From the sequence record SRR31156797_3844: 54,638 nucleotides of DNA; one strand, written 5' to 3'. The notes beneath the pieces are model-generated. The model did not search any database. It was not told the origin of the DNA and saw only the letters and a list, made by a program, of their open reading frames with translations. This document shows, in pieces, positions 37,898 through 47,893 of the stretch; position 1 is the first letter of the stretch; each line of letters starts with the position of its first letter. Position numbers and translations under genes: made by a program.

Positions 37898-38854
37898 TTA
37901 ATCATGTGGTTCATTAGGATTGTAAGTCTCCACATGTCTTTCTGTTTTCCCTTTGTATAGTCCTTCAATAGGGATAATAATTCCTGTTTCTTCTACATCT
38001 CCAAAACGGTCGTTTACAGCAGTCCCGAATGAACGCATAGAAGGAGATAAATTCATATAGGCATTAACCAAAGGAGGAATCGTTTCTCCCAACTCTCTTA
38101 CCTTTCTGTTTAATACTTTATAGTCTTCGACAAAAGAAGGACCTTTGAAAATAGAGTCAATTTTTTCAGGCGTTAAACCAATTTTTACCTTGTACTGATC
38201 CAAAGGATAAACCAAAGCATCCGGATCATTGAAGTATTTATTTATAAAGCTCAGAATTAAATCTCTGGCTTCCTGATTAAAATGTGTGTACATGGTTACT
38301 TTACCGAAAAAATACTTCATTTCCGGGTGATCCACTACCAATGAACCTAAGCCATCCCATAAATTATCCAATGCAAATAAACTTTTTGCTCCTTGCTTAC
38401 TTGATTGATATTGTGGCTGTACGAATGATCTCCCCAACTCAATAGTCTGAGGAAGATAATCATCTAAAAACTCCTTTGAGAAATGAAACAATCTTGAAGT
38501 TGCGGTAATAATTTTTCCGTCTTTGTCCTTAGGGATATCACTTCCCATAATATATCGATAGCCTCCTAAGATTTCTTTTGAATCCGGATCCCATACAATC
38601 AGTTGTCGATAAGGTGATTCTGCCAAATCGTAATCGTCAATATCCGCTTCTTTTCCTGTTCCTCCACCTGCCTGGCGAAACGACTCTTCTCTCAAGCGGC
38701 CAACTTCCTGCATTAAATTTGGTGCTTCCTCACCAATAAAGTCGTAAATCTTGTTACCGCCTTTGTTCGTATTACGAACAAACCTTTCTTTCGTCAACTC
38801 AGCTTCCAGCTTATCTTTTGCTATTGGAGCGATAATTGGTTTTATAGATTCCAT
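37898..38854 (-). CDS. glsB: GNAT-family N-acyltransferase, GlsB/OlsB-like (amino-acid lipid synthesis)
   Basis: LMQEVGRLREESFRQAGGGTGK..DID.YD, QLIVWDP...EILGGYR, IELGRSFVQPQYQ, LDNLWDGLG, YFFGKVTMY, IPPLVNAYMNLSP; paired with a PlsC-like gene. ATG at 38854 preferred. Confidence 0.75.
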   Translation of the reverse strand: MESIKPIIAPIAKDKLEAELTKERFVRNTNKGGNKIYDFIGEEAPNLMQEVGRLREESFRQAGGGTGKEADIDDYDLAESPYRQLIVWDPDSKEILGGYRYIMGSDIPKDKDGKIITATSRLFHFSKEFLDDYLPQTIELGRSFVQPQYQSSKQGAKSLFALDNLWDGLGSLVVDHPEMKYFFGKVTMYTHFNQEARDLILSFINKYFNDPDALVYPLDQYKVKIGLTPEKIDSIFKGPSFVEDYKVLNRKVRELGETIPPLVNAYMNLSPSMRSFGTAVNDRFGDVEETGIIIPIEGLYKGKTERHVETYNPNEPHD

Positions 38855-38884
38855 GAAATATCTAGATGTTTGCAAGCTGCAAAA

Positions 38885-39721
38885 TTACATTAATTTTGGT
38901 AAGCTATATACTGTTTCCTTTATTTTTTCAGCCCACGTTTTAGGCGATTCCCCATTTTTTAAATCCTGCCACGGTATTGGAGTTCCAAATCTAAGCTTAA
39001 TACTCTTCCCTTTCTGCTTATACATCTCGTCTACAAGATATAACATCTCAATATTTGCTTTGAGTCCAATCCTTTTTCTTAAGTTGGCTAAATTGTAAAA
39101 AAAGTTCGAATTTCGGCCTTCAATATGAACAGGAACGATGGTTCTTTCGTGCTTAATGGCTTTTTTAATAAAATTCGGTTTCCAGTCTAAATCTTCAATG
39201 CCTCCTTTTTGTTTTCTCGACACCAAACCGGCCGGAAAAAACAATACTTGTCCTTCGTATGCGAAAGTATCTTCAATCATTTGAGCTGCCATTCTCGATT
39301 GCCCACCATGCTTATTTATCGGAACAAAAATATCATTGAAACGTCCTATTTTCAGCAAAATATCATTAACAGGGAATCTGATTTTATCAAAAACGCTTCC
39401 CACTTCATTCATAAAAATAATACCATCTAATCCTCCAAGCGGATGATTGGCAACAAACAAATATCGGCCATCGGTTGGGATTTTATCCAATCCTATAGCT
39501 TGACTATTTACTCCGAAATGTTTTGTACAAGCCTTTCCAAATTCTACATTGTAGCTATCAGGGTTATCAACTAAAATATGATTTAACCCATCCTGATGAA
39601 TGACTCTTTTCAGATACGAAATAACAAACCCTGGAATCCATTTTAAAATAGCCGGGTTCTTTTCTTCAAAAACCTTCTCAATATCAATTCTAACAATTTC
39701 CTGATTATGTATTTCCTCCAT
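38885..39721 (-). CDS. glsA: PlsC-like O-acyltransferase, GlsA-like
   Basis: Acyltransferase motifs FVANHPLGGLDG, FFPAGLVSR, IVPVHIEGRNS.FFY; directly upstream of the glsB-like gene. Confidence 0.7.
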   Translation of the reverse strand: MEEIHNQEIVRIDIEKVFEEKNPAILKWIPGFVISYLKRVIHQDGLNHILVDNPDSYNVEFGKACTKHFGVNSQAIGLDKIPTDGRYLFVANHPLGGLDGIIFMNEVGSVFDKIRFPVNDILLKIGRFNDIFVPINKHGGQSRMAAQMIEDTFAYEGQVLFFPAGLVSRKQKGGIEDLDWKPNFIKKAIKHERTIVPVHIEGRNSNFFYNLANLRKRIGLKANIEMLYLVDEMYKQKGKSIKLRFGTPIPWQDLKNGESPKTWAEKIKETVYSLPKLM

Positions 39722-39833
39722 GCCTGGCTTTTAAATGAAGTGCCAATTTTAGAAAAAAAATGCTAAAGCACCAGATAATTACAGGCAAAAAATAACTATA
39801 AAAAGGCCGTAATAAAGAAAACTTATCAACAAA

Positions 39834-39867
39834 GTGTAATAAAGTGGTTTAAAGTGGTTGATTGTGG
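39834..39867 (+). promoter_or_regulatory. MraZ-binding direct repeats
   Basis: GTGT, GTGG, GTGG, GTGG at exact 10-bp period (aaagtgtaat aaagtggttt aaagtggttg attgtggttt) upstream of mraZ, matching the known GTGG-N6 MraZ operator layout. Confidence 0.85.
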
Positions 39868-39910
39868 TTTGAAATTTTTATACTTTTACAAAAATTAATA
39901 TCAAATCGTA

Positions 39911-40387
39911 ATGGCCACATTTATAGGCGATTTTATCTGTAAAGCCGATGCAAAAGGGCGAATCGTATTGCCTTCACACTTTAAAAAGGTGATGAGCGCA
40001 ATGGAAGAGTCGCGCTTTGTGGTCAGAAAAGATTTGTATGCAAACTGCTTATTGGTGTACCCATATCCCGATTGGGAAGTGCATGTTGAAGATGTGCGCT
40101 CCAAGGTAAATATGTTTAACCGGGACGAAAATGCGTTTTATCGCCAGTATATCCGAGCAGCTGCAGAAGTAACTTTTGATGCCAATGGAAGAATGCTGGT
40201 TCCCAAAAGGCTGATGGAGAAAATAGATTCACCCAAGGAAGTTGTAATGGTTGGCGTGGACAATAAAATTGAGATGTGGAGTAAAGTGGAATATGAAGGA
40301 AGTAGCATGAATGACGATGAGTTGGCCAATATGATGGAGAATATTTTGGGGCGCAGTGAAAGTAACCAACCAAAGGAGGATGCATAA
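39911..40387 (+). CDS. mraZ: Division/cell wall cluster transcriptional repressor MraZ
   Basis: Two SpoVT-AbrB repeats DAKGRIVLP and DANGRMLVP; VGVDNKIEMW. Confidence 0.97.
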   Translation: MATFIGDFICKADAKGRIVLPSHFKKVMSAMEESRFVVRKDLYANCLLVYPYPDWEVHVEDVRSKVNMFNRDENAFYRQYIRAAAEVTFDANGRMLVPKRLMEKIDSPKEVVMVGVDNKIEMWSKVEYEGSSMNDDELANMMENILGRSESNQPKEDA

Positions 40388-41292
40388 TGGATGAAGTTTA
40401 TCACATACCGGTTTTATTGCACGAATGCATTGATGGTCTTCAACTAAAAGAAAATGGCATTTATGTAGATGTCACTTTTGGAGGCGGTGGTCATACGCGC
40501 GAAATACTTAAGCAGCTGAAAGGTGGAAAAGTAATTGTTTTTGATCAGGATGCAGATGCTTACGAGAATCGCCCTGATGATGAACGATTGATTTTTGTGC
40601 GCCATAACTTCAGATACCTTAAGCACTTTTTAAGATACATAGGCATTGATAAAGTAGATGGAATTCTAGGTGACCTGGGTGTTTCATCTCACCACTTCGA
40701 TACACCGGAACGAGGATTTTCTTTTCGCTTTGAAGGAGCATTAGATATGCGTATGAATCAAAAATCGGATTTAACAGCAGCGCAGGTGTTAAATGAATAC
40801 GAAGAAGATGATTTGTACAGAATTTTTAAACACTATGGCGAAATAAAACATGCCGGCAAACTGGTAAAAGGAATTTTATCTCAAAGATCGGGAAAACCAT
40901 TCGAAATGATATCAGATTTACTGGAGATAGCCGAACCATGTGTACCTGCTCGTGAAAAGAACAAATTTCTGGCAAAAGTTTTTCAAGCCTTACGAATTGA
41001 AGTAAACGGTGAAATGGATGCTTTAAAAGAAATGCTGCACCAAACCAAAGACGTACTGACTGAGGGCGGTCGCTTAGTCGTTATCTCCTATCACTCACTG
41101 GAAGATCGATTAGTGAAAAACTATATGAAAACAGGAGATTGTGAAAAATCACAACCCGATCAGGATTTCTTTGGAAAAATAGATGTACCCTTTAAAGCAA
41201 TTACTCGAAAACCAATTCTTCCTACAGAGAAAGAATTGGAGGAAAATACCAGATCCAGAAGTGCCAAGTTGAGAATCTGCGAAAAGATATAG
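40387..41292 (+). CDS. rsmH: 16S rRNA m4C1402 methyltransferase RsmH
   Basis: YHIPVLL, VDVTFGGGGH, DLGVSSHHFD, RGFSFR, FQALRIEVN, ISYHSLEDR, RSRSAKLR. Confidence 0.98.
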   Translation: MDEVYHIPVLLHECIDGLQLKENGIYVDVTFGGGGHTREILKQLKGGKVIVFDQDADAYENRPDDERLIFVRHNFRYLKHFLRYIGIDKVDGILGDLGVSSHHFDTPERGFSFRFEGALDMRMNQKSDLTAAQVLNEYEEDDLYRIFKHYGEIKHAGKLVKGILSQRSGKPFEMISDLLEIAEPCVPAREKNKFLAKVFQALRIEVNGEMDALKEMLHQTKDVLTEGGRLVVISYHSLEDRLVKNYMKTGDCEKSQPDQDFFGKIDVPFKAITRKPILPTEKELEENTRSRSAKLRICEKI

Positions 41293-41294
41293 GG

Positions 41295-41672
41295 ATGGCG
41301 AAACAAAAAAAAGATAAGGAGTTTGTTGGTTCAGGAGATGAAAATGTAAAAAAAATCTCTTTAAGCGATTTCGTATCGGGTAGAATTTTAACCCGCGAAG
41401 TCGTAGTAAAGCAACTACCCTATTTTATGTTTTTAACCGTACTGGCATTCTTGTATATCGCCAATCATTTTAAAGTTGAAAAGCTGCTAAAGGAAGCTGC
41501 TTCTTTAAATAAAGACATTCAGGAGTTAAGAATTGAGGCCATCACTACCTCTTCTGACCTGATGTATTTCAGTAAACAATCAGTGATTTTAAATAAGGTT
41601 AGGGAAGCTGGAGTTGAATTACACGAACTTACCGAACCTCCAAGAAAAATAGTAGTGCATAAGCAAAAATAG
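41295..41672 (+). CDS. ftsL: FtsL-like cell division protein
   Basis: Position between rsmH and ftsI; single TM followed by a coiled coil. Confidence 0.8.
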   Translation: MAKQKKDKEFVGSGDENVKKISLSDFVSGRILTREVVVKQLPYFMFLTVLAFLYIANHFKVEKLLKEAASLNKDIQELRIEAITTSSDLMYFSKQSVILNKVREAGVELHELTEPPRKIVVHKQK

Positions 41673-41674
41673 TA

Positions 41675-43783
41675 ATGACAATAAAAAGAGACATAACGTG
41701 GAGAGTTGGCGTCATTTACCTGGCACTGGTTGTGTTGGCTGTTTTTGTGTTTGGTAAAGTAGTATACCTACAGGTCGTTGAAGGTCAAGAATGGCGGGCG
41801 ATGGAAGAAAAAATGACCTCCAAAGAAAGAGAGATCGAAGCCAACAGAGGAAATATCTTAGCTTGCGACGGAAGAAAAATTGCATGCTCCGTTCCAAGCT
41901 ACAAGCTTTATATGGATATGATGGCTCATGGCTTAACCGATGAAGTTTTTGATGCGAACATCGACAGTTTAAGCATTTGCCTTTCTACTTTTTTTAAAGA
42001 TAAATCAACAGCAGCTTATAAAAGTAGCTTGATTCAGGCACGTCAAAAGAAAAGAAGATACCATAGAATACACTGGAGACGCGTTTCATTTACTGAACTA
42101 AAGAAAATTAAAGAGTTCCCAATTTTTCGTTTAGGCAAAAATGTGGGTGGATTTATTCCGGAACAGCTGGATCAACGGAAAAAACCTTTTGGACTTTTAG
42201 CCTCTCGTACCGTAGGTAAATTATATGGTGAGAAAGAAAAAGGCGGAATGGTAGGTCTCGAACGTGCTTTTGACGACGTTTTAAAAGGTCAAAATGGTGT
42301 AAGTTCTTTCACTCGCATTTCCGGACGTTGGGTTCCGGAAGAAGTAATGCCCCCTAAAAACGGAAAGGATATACTAACCACTATCGATATTGAAATTCAG
42401 GACGTTGCAGAAAATTCTCTTCGTCAACAATTAGTAAAGCACAATGCCCATCATGGTGTGGCCATTTTAATGGAAGTTCAAACAGGAGCGATCAAAGCAA
42501 TCGTAAATCTTCATCGTAAAAGCGAAGGCAATTATATAGAAGACTATTTTAATTATGCCATTGGTGAAGCTACTGAACCTGGATCAACTTTCAAATTAGC
42601 CAGCATGATTGCTGCCCTGGAAGATGGCTTTATTAATCTGGAAGACTCCATCGACACAGGAAAAGGTGTTTGCAAATTCTACGACAGAACCATGAGAGAC
42701 AGTCACCATGGAGGATTTGGAAAGATTACCTATCGTGAGGTTTTTGAAAAATCATCAAATGTGGGAGTATCCAAGATGATTGTGGAGCACTACAAATCCG
42801 ATCCCAAAAGATTTATTGACCGATTGTATTCAATGGGCTTAAATGAAAAGTTAGGACTAGAAATAAAAGGAGAAGGGGATCCAATGATTAAATATCCGGG
42901 TTCAAGGAATTGGTGGGGAACTTCTTTACCATGGATCTCTATTGGTTATGAATCAAAACTCACTCCGCTTCAGACTTTAGCATTTTATAATGCCATAGCA
43001 AATAATGGAAAACTAATGAAGCCATATTTTGTAAGTGGCGTTTATGAGCATGGAGAAAAGATAGCATCCTACGAACCAACGGTTATCAATCCTTCTATAT
43101 GCTCTTTAGGCACCATTGAACAAGTGCACGATCTTTTGAAAGGCGTAGTAGAAAAAGGAACAGCTAAAAACCTTAGAAATAAGAACTACCAAATAGCAGG
43201 AAAAACAGGAACAGCACAAATTGCTAAAGGCAACCAAGGTTACAAAAGCGGTGGCGTTGAATACCAAGCTTCTTTTGCAGGATACTTTCCGGCAGATAGA
43301 CCAAAGTACTCTTGTATCGTTGTGGTAAATGGCCCTTCTAACAATGTGTATTATGGAAATGAAGTAGCAGGTACTGTTTTTAAAGATATAGCCGATCGGG
43401 TGTATGCATCTGGATTTGAGATGTTAGATGAGCATCCAGATCCGATTCCTACAGAAGGAATCTTACCTTATTCTAAAGGAGGCATTAAGGATGAATTACT
43501 TGCCGTGTTTGGCGAAATCAATGTCACCATTGATGGTAAAGACGTGGAATCTGACTGGATTTCAACTACTGCTCAGGAACACAAAGTTGAATTTAGCAGA
43601 AAGAGCTTTGTAAAAGGACTAGTTCCTAATGTAAAAGGAATGGGCGCCAAAGACGCAGTAAGCTTATTGGAAAATATGGGACTAAATGTCATTGTATCTG
43701 GAAGAGGACGTGTAATTGAGCAATCAGTTACGGCCGGCAGAAGAATACAGAATGGCTCCAGAATTATATTAAAGTTAGGATAG
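41675..43783 (+). CDS. ftsI: Division transpeptidase FtsI/PBP3 with C-terminal PASTA domain
   Basis: RGNI, EPGSTFK (SxxK), SSN, KTGTAQ, PASTA VPNVKGMGAKDAVSLLENMGL. Confidence 0.93.
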   Translation: MTIKRDITWRVGVIYLALVVLAVFVFGKVVYLQVVEGQEWRAMEEKMTSKEREIEANRGNILACDGRKIACSVPSYKLYMDMMAHGLTDEVFDANIDSLSICLSTFFKDKSTAAYKSSLIQARQKKRRYHRIHWRRVSFTELKKIKEFPIFRLGKNVGGFIPEQLDQRKKPFGLLASRTVGKLYGEKEKGGMVGLERAFDDVLKGQNGVSSFTRISGRWVPEEVMPPKNGKDILTTIDIEIQDVAENSLRQQLVKHNAHHGVAILMEVQTGAIKAIVNLHRKSEGNYIEDYFNYAIGEATEPGSTFKLASMIAALEDGFINLEDSIDTGKGVCKFYDRTMRDSHHGGFGKITYREVFEKSSNVGVSKMIVEHYKSDPKRFIDRLYSMGLNEKLGLEIKGEGDPMIKYPGSRNWWGTSLPWISIGYESKLTPLQTLAFYNAIANNGKLMKPYFVSGVYEHGEKIASYEPTVINPSICSLGTIEQVHDLLKGVVEKGTAKNLRNKNYQIAGKTGTAQIAKGNQGYKSGGVEYQASFAGYFPADRPKYSCIVVVNGPSNNVYYGNEVAGTVFKDIADRVYASGFEMLDEHPDPIPTEGILPYSKGGIKDELLAVFGEINVTIDGKDVESDWISTTAQEHKVEFSRKSFVKGLVPNVKGMGAKDAVSLLENMGLNVIVSGRGRVIEQSVTAGRRIQNGSRIILKLG

Positions 43784-43798
43784 ATATATAATGATTAT

Positions 43799-45256
43799 AT
43801 GGCAATTGTATCGCAAATAAAAGAATGGACTTCGGTTGAAGATTTGATTGGAAACGAGATAATTACTTTTTCTGACATCACCTTCGATTCAAGAAAAGTG
43901 AATGAAGATACCGTGTTTGTAGCCGTAAATGGAGTTCATGTAGATGGACATGCATTTATTCCACAAGCAGTAACAGCCGGCTGTCCGGTAGTCGTTTGCG
44001 AACAATTACCAAAAGAGCTGTATAAAAACACTGCATTTATCCTTGTAAAGGATTCAGCTCAAGCTTTAGGCGAAATTGCTTCGGGCTTTTACAATAATCC
44101 CTCTGAAGAATTAGAGCTGATTGGTGTAACAGGTACAAACGGGAAAACAACTATTGCAACATTGCTTTACGAGTTATTTCGAGACATGGGCTTTGAATCC
44201 GGCTTATTTAGTACTGTCGCAAATTATATTGGCGACGAGAAACTAGCCTCTACACATACAACACCAGATCCCGTTGCTTTAAATAAAATTATGCGTGAGA
44301 TGGTAGATGCCGGATGTCGTTATTGTTTTATGGAAGTAAGTTCACATGCCATTGATCAGAAGCGAATTGCCGGATTAAAATACAAAGGAGGGATTTTTAC
44401 CAACCTCACCCATGATCATCTGGATTACCATAAAACCTTTGATGCTTACCTAAAAGCTAAAAAAACATTCTTCGACGAATTAAGAAAGGATGCTTTTGCA
44501 TTGGTAAATATTGACGATAAGAATGGAATGGTGATGGTGCAAAATTGCAAAGCCAACATTAACACCTATTCAATTCGAGCTATGGCTGATTATAAAGCTA
44601 AGATCGTAGAGAGTATGTTTGAAGGAATGCAATTATTGATCAACAACAATGAGTTATGGACGCCATTTATTGGGCGCTTCAACGCACAAAACCTTCTGGC
44701 TGTATTTGGCGCCGCTATTTCATTAGGTAGAAATCAGGAAGAGGTATTACTTAGCTTAAGCCGCTTAAGTTCGGTCGATGGTCGTTTTCAAACTATTCGA
44801 TCTCAATCCGGAATTACAGCAGTTGTAGATTATGCACATACGCCAGATGCACTTAAAAATGTAATTGAAACGATTAATCAAATTCGTCAGCCAGGCCAGG
44901 AACTAATAACAGTAGTTGGAGCAGGTGGCGATCGCGATAAAACCAAAAGGCCGGAGATGGCCAAAGTGGCTATCAACGGAAGCACAAGAGTAATTCTTAC
45001 GTCAGATAATCCTCGTTCAGAAAATCCTCAAACTATCATTGATGATATGATGGAAGGCGTGGATTTTAAAAGTAGAATTAAAGTGGTGTCCATTGTTGAT
45101 CGTAAAGAAGCGATTAAAACAGCATGCATGCTATGCAAACGGGGCGACATTATTTTGGTAGCCGGAAAAGGACATGAAGACTATCAGGAAATAGCAGGTG
45201 TAAAACACCACTTTGACGATAGAGAAGTAATTAGAGAAATATTTGAAATGTTGTAA
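43799..45256 (+). CDS. murE: UDP-MurNAc-dipeptide:meso-DAP ligase MurE
   Basis: GVTGTNGKTT, HTTPD, MEVSSH, DYAHTPDAL, DNPR (DAP specificity motif), AGKGHEDYQ. Confidence 0.97.
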   Translation: MAIVSQIKEWTSVEDLIGNEIITFSDITFDSRKVNEDTVFVAVNGVHVDGHAFIPQAVTAGCPVVVCEQLPKELYKNTAFILVKDSAQALGEIASGFYNNPSEELELIGVTGTNGKTTIATLLYELFRDMGFESGLFSTVANYIGDEKLASTHTTPDPVALNKIMREMVDAGCRYCFMEVSSHAIDQKRIAGLKYKGGIFTNLTHDHLDYHKTFDAYLKAKKTFFDELRKDAFALVNIDDKNGMVMVQNCKANINTYSIRAMADYKAKIVESMFEGMQLLINNNELWTPFIGRFNAQNLLAVFGAAISLGRNQEEVLLSLSRLSSVDGRFQTIRSQSGITAVVDYAHTPDALKNVIETINQIRQPGQELITVVGAGGDRDKTKRPEMAKVAINGSTRVILTSDNPRSENPQTIIDDMMEGVDFKSRIKVVSIVDRKEAIKTACMLCKRGDIILVAGKGHEDYQEIAGVKHHFDDREVIREIFEML

Positions 45257-45304
45257 ACCCGTGCTGACAAAAGCACTGGTCAATAATAAACTAATAATAG
45301 AGAG

Positions 45305-46537
45305 ATGTTATACTATTTGTTCGAATATCTGGAGCAGTTTGATTTTCCCGGAGCGGGTGTGTTTCAGTACATTTCATTCCGATCAGGAATGGCTGTTATA
45401 TTTTCGTTGCTCATTGGCACCATCTTCGGAAAATGGGTGATCAATAAGCTTCAGAAAAAGCAAATAGGCGAAGTGGTTAGAGACCTTGATTTAGAAGGTC
45501 AATATGCAAAAAAAGGAACGCCTACTATGGGAGGATTAATTATCATTGCCTCTATCCTGATACCAACACTATTATTTAGTAAACTATCCAATGTATACAT
45601 CATATTAATGATCGTTTCTACTGTTTGGTTAGGCACCATCGGTTTCTTAGACGACTACATTAAAGTGTTCAAAAAAAACAAAGAAGGACTAGCTGGAAGG
45701 TTTAAAATTGTTGGACAAATCGGACTGGGTTTAATCGTTGGTTTAACCATGTTTTTTAGCAACGACGTGGTGGTTCGCGAAAAAGTTCCCGGAGAAACAG
45801 TGATTGTACAACTTGAAAATGGAGAGCAAGAAGAGCGTCCTGCTACCGTAGATGTAAAAAGCACAGAAACAACCATTCCATTTATGAAAAACAATCGTTT
45901 TGATTATGCGTGGTTTGTGAGTTTTCTGGGCGAAAGCGCATCAAAATGGGCTTGGGTCGTCTTTGTGTTGGCAGTAATATTTATCATCACAGCTGTTTCT
46001 AATGGAGCAAACATGACGGACGGACTAGATGGTCTCGCCACCGGAACCTCGGCTATTATTGGAACAACACTTGGTATACTGGCCTATGTATCCAGTAATA
46101 CTATGTGGGCAGATTATCTGAACATCATGTACATACCCCAATCCGAAGAGCTGGTAATTTTCATGAGCGCCTTCATTGGCTCCACTATCGGTTTCTTATG
46201 GTATAATTCATTCCCGGCTCAGGTTTTTATGGGCGACACCGGAAGCTTAACGCTAGGCGGAATCATTGCCGTTTTTGCCATCATCATAAAAACAGAATTA
46301 TTAATACCAATTCTTTGCGGAATCTTTCTGGTTGAAAATATTTCTGTAATGATTCAGGTGTCATGGTTTAAATACACAAAAAAGAAATTCGGTGAAGGTA
46401 GACGAGTTTTTAGAATGGCTCCTTTACATCATCATTATCAAAAGAAAGGATATACAGAATCAAAAATAGTAACACGCTTTTGGATTGTTGGAATTATTCT
46501 GGCAGTGCTGGCAGTGGTAACATTAAAGATACGTTAA
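45305..46537 (+). CDS. mraY: Phospho-MurNAc-pentapeptide transferase MraY
   Basis: [42 protein letters not shown]. Confidence 0.98.
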   Translation: MLYYLFEYLEQFDFPGAGVFQYISFRSGMAVIFSLLIGTIFGKWVINKLQKKQIGEVVRDLDLEGQYAKKGTPTMGGLIIIASILIPTLLFSKLSNVYIILMIVSTVWLGTIGFLDDYIKVFKKNKEGLAGRFKIVGQIGLGLIVGLTMFFSNDVVVREKVPGETVIVQLENGEQEERPATVDVKSTETTIPFMKNNRFDYAWFVSFLGESASKWAWVVFVLAVIFIITAVSNGANMTDGLDGLATGTSAIIGTTLGILAYVSSNTMWADYLNIMYIPQSEELVIFMSAFIGSTIGFLWYNSFPAQVFMGDTGSLTLGGIIAVFAIIIKTELLIPILCGIFLVENISVMIQVSWFKYTKKKFGEGRRVFRMAPLHHHYQKKGYTESKIVTRFWIVGIILAVLAVVTLKIR

Positions 46538-46543
46538 GTCTGA

Positions 46544-47884
46544 ATGGGAAGAAGGGTTGTCATATTAGGCGCTGGAGAGAGCGGTGTTGGAGCGGCTTTA
46601 CTGGCACAAAAACAGGGCTTTGAAGTTTTTGTGTCAGATAAGTCCGCCATTAAACCTGCTTTTAAAAAGGAATTGGATGAAAATGGCTTGGCTTACGAGG
46701 AAGAAAAACATACGCAAGAGTTAATATTCTCTGCAGATGAAGTAGTAAAAAGCCCCGGCATTCCGGACACAGTTCCAATGATTATAGAACTGAGAAAGAA
46801 AGGAATCCCGGTAATATCCGAAATTGAATTTGCTGCCAAATATACCGATGCACAATTTGTCTGCATCACCGGTAGCAACGGAAAAACAACGACCACATTA
46901 CTGACGCATCATGTTTTAACAAATGCAGGATTAAATGTGGGCTTAGCAGGAAATATAGGACAAAGCTTAGCGCGACAAGTTGCTAGCGAAGAACCAAAAG
47001 AATGGTATGTATTGGAGTTAAGTAGTTTTCAACTGGACGGCATGTATGACTTTAAAGCCGACATAGCCATTTTAATGAACATTACACCGGATCATCTGGA
47101 TCGATATGATTACAAAATGCAAAACTATATCGATTCTAAATTCAGAATATTACAAAATCAAACAGCAGAGGATTATTTCATCTACTGTGCTGATGATGAA
47201 AATATCAAACGAGAGTTGGAAAGAAGAGAGATAAAGGCTCAACAACTACCGTTTTCAAACAACAAAGAGATAAGTGAAGGAGCCTTTTATAAAGAAAAGC
47301 AAATAGTGTTTAATCTAAAAGGAGATGCTATGAGTGTATTTGTAGAGCAACTGGCTATTCAAGGACAACACAATCGTTACAACACGATGGCAGCAGGTAT
47401 TGTGGCCAACATTTTTCGAATCCGTAAACCCAAAATCAGAGAATCTCTGTTGAGCTTTAAGGGTGTGGAGCATCGCCTTGAAAAGGTTTTGAAAGTTCGT
47501 GGAATGGATTTCATTAACGACTCGAAAGCTACTAATGTTAATTCGACCTGGTATGCACTGGAAAGTATGGAAACAGATGTGATTTGGATAGCCGGAGGTA
47601 TTGACAAGGGAAACGACTATAACGAACTTAAGGAGTTGGCAAAGCAAAAAGTAAAGGCTTTAATTTGTTTAGGCGTAGATAATTCTAAACTATTAGAAAG
47701 CTTTGAAGGTGTTATCCCAACCATAGTTCAAACGAATAATATGGCCGAGGCAGTAAAATCAGCCTATTATTTAGGCGATAAAGGAGACAGCGTTTTACTT
47801 TCTCCTGCTTGTGCAAGCTTTGATTTATTTGACAACTACGAGCAACGCGGTCGTATATTTAAAGAGTGTGTACGCAATCTATAG
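46544..47884 (+). CDS. murD: UDP-MurNAc-L-Ala:D-Glu ligase MurD
   Basis: GAGESG, ITGSNGKTTT, ELSSFQL, PDHLDRY, NDSKATN, LLSPACASFD. Confidence 0.98.
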   Translation: MGRRVVILGAGESGVGAALLAQKQGFEVFVSDKSAIKPAFKKELDENGLAYEEEKHTQELIFSADEVVKSPGIPDTVPMIIELRKKGIPVISEIEFAAKYTDAQFVCITGSNGKTTTTLLTHHVLTNAGLNVGLAGNIGQSLARQVASEEPKEWYVLELSSFQLDGMYDFKADIAILMNITPDHLDRYDYKMQNYIDSKFRILQNQTAEDYFIYCADDENIKRELERREIKAQQLPFSNNKEISEGAFYKEKQIVFNLKGDAMSVFVEQLAIQGQHNRYNTMAAGIVANIFRIRKPKIRESLLSFKGVEHRLEKVLKVRGMDFINDSKATNVNSTWYALESMETDVIWIAGGIDKGNDYNELKELAKQKVKALICLGVDNSKLLESFEGVIPTIVQTNNMAEAVKSAYYLGDKGDSVLLSPACASFDLFDNYEQRGRIFKECVRNL

Positions 47885-47893
47885 ATTTATAAA

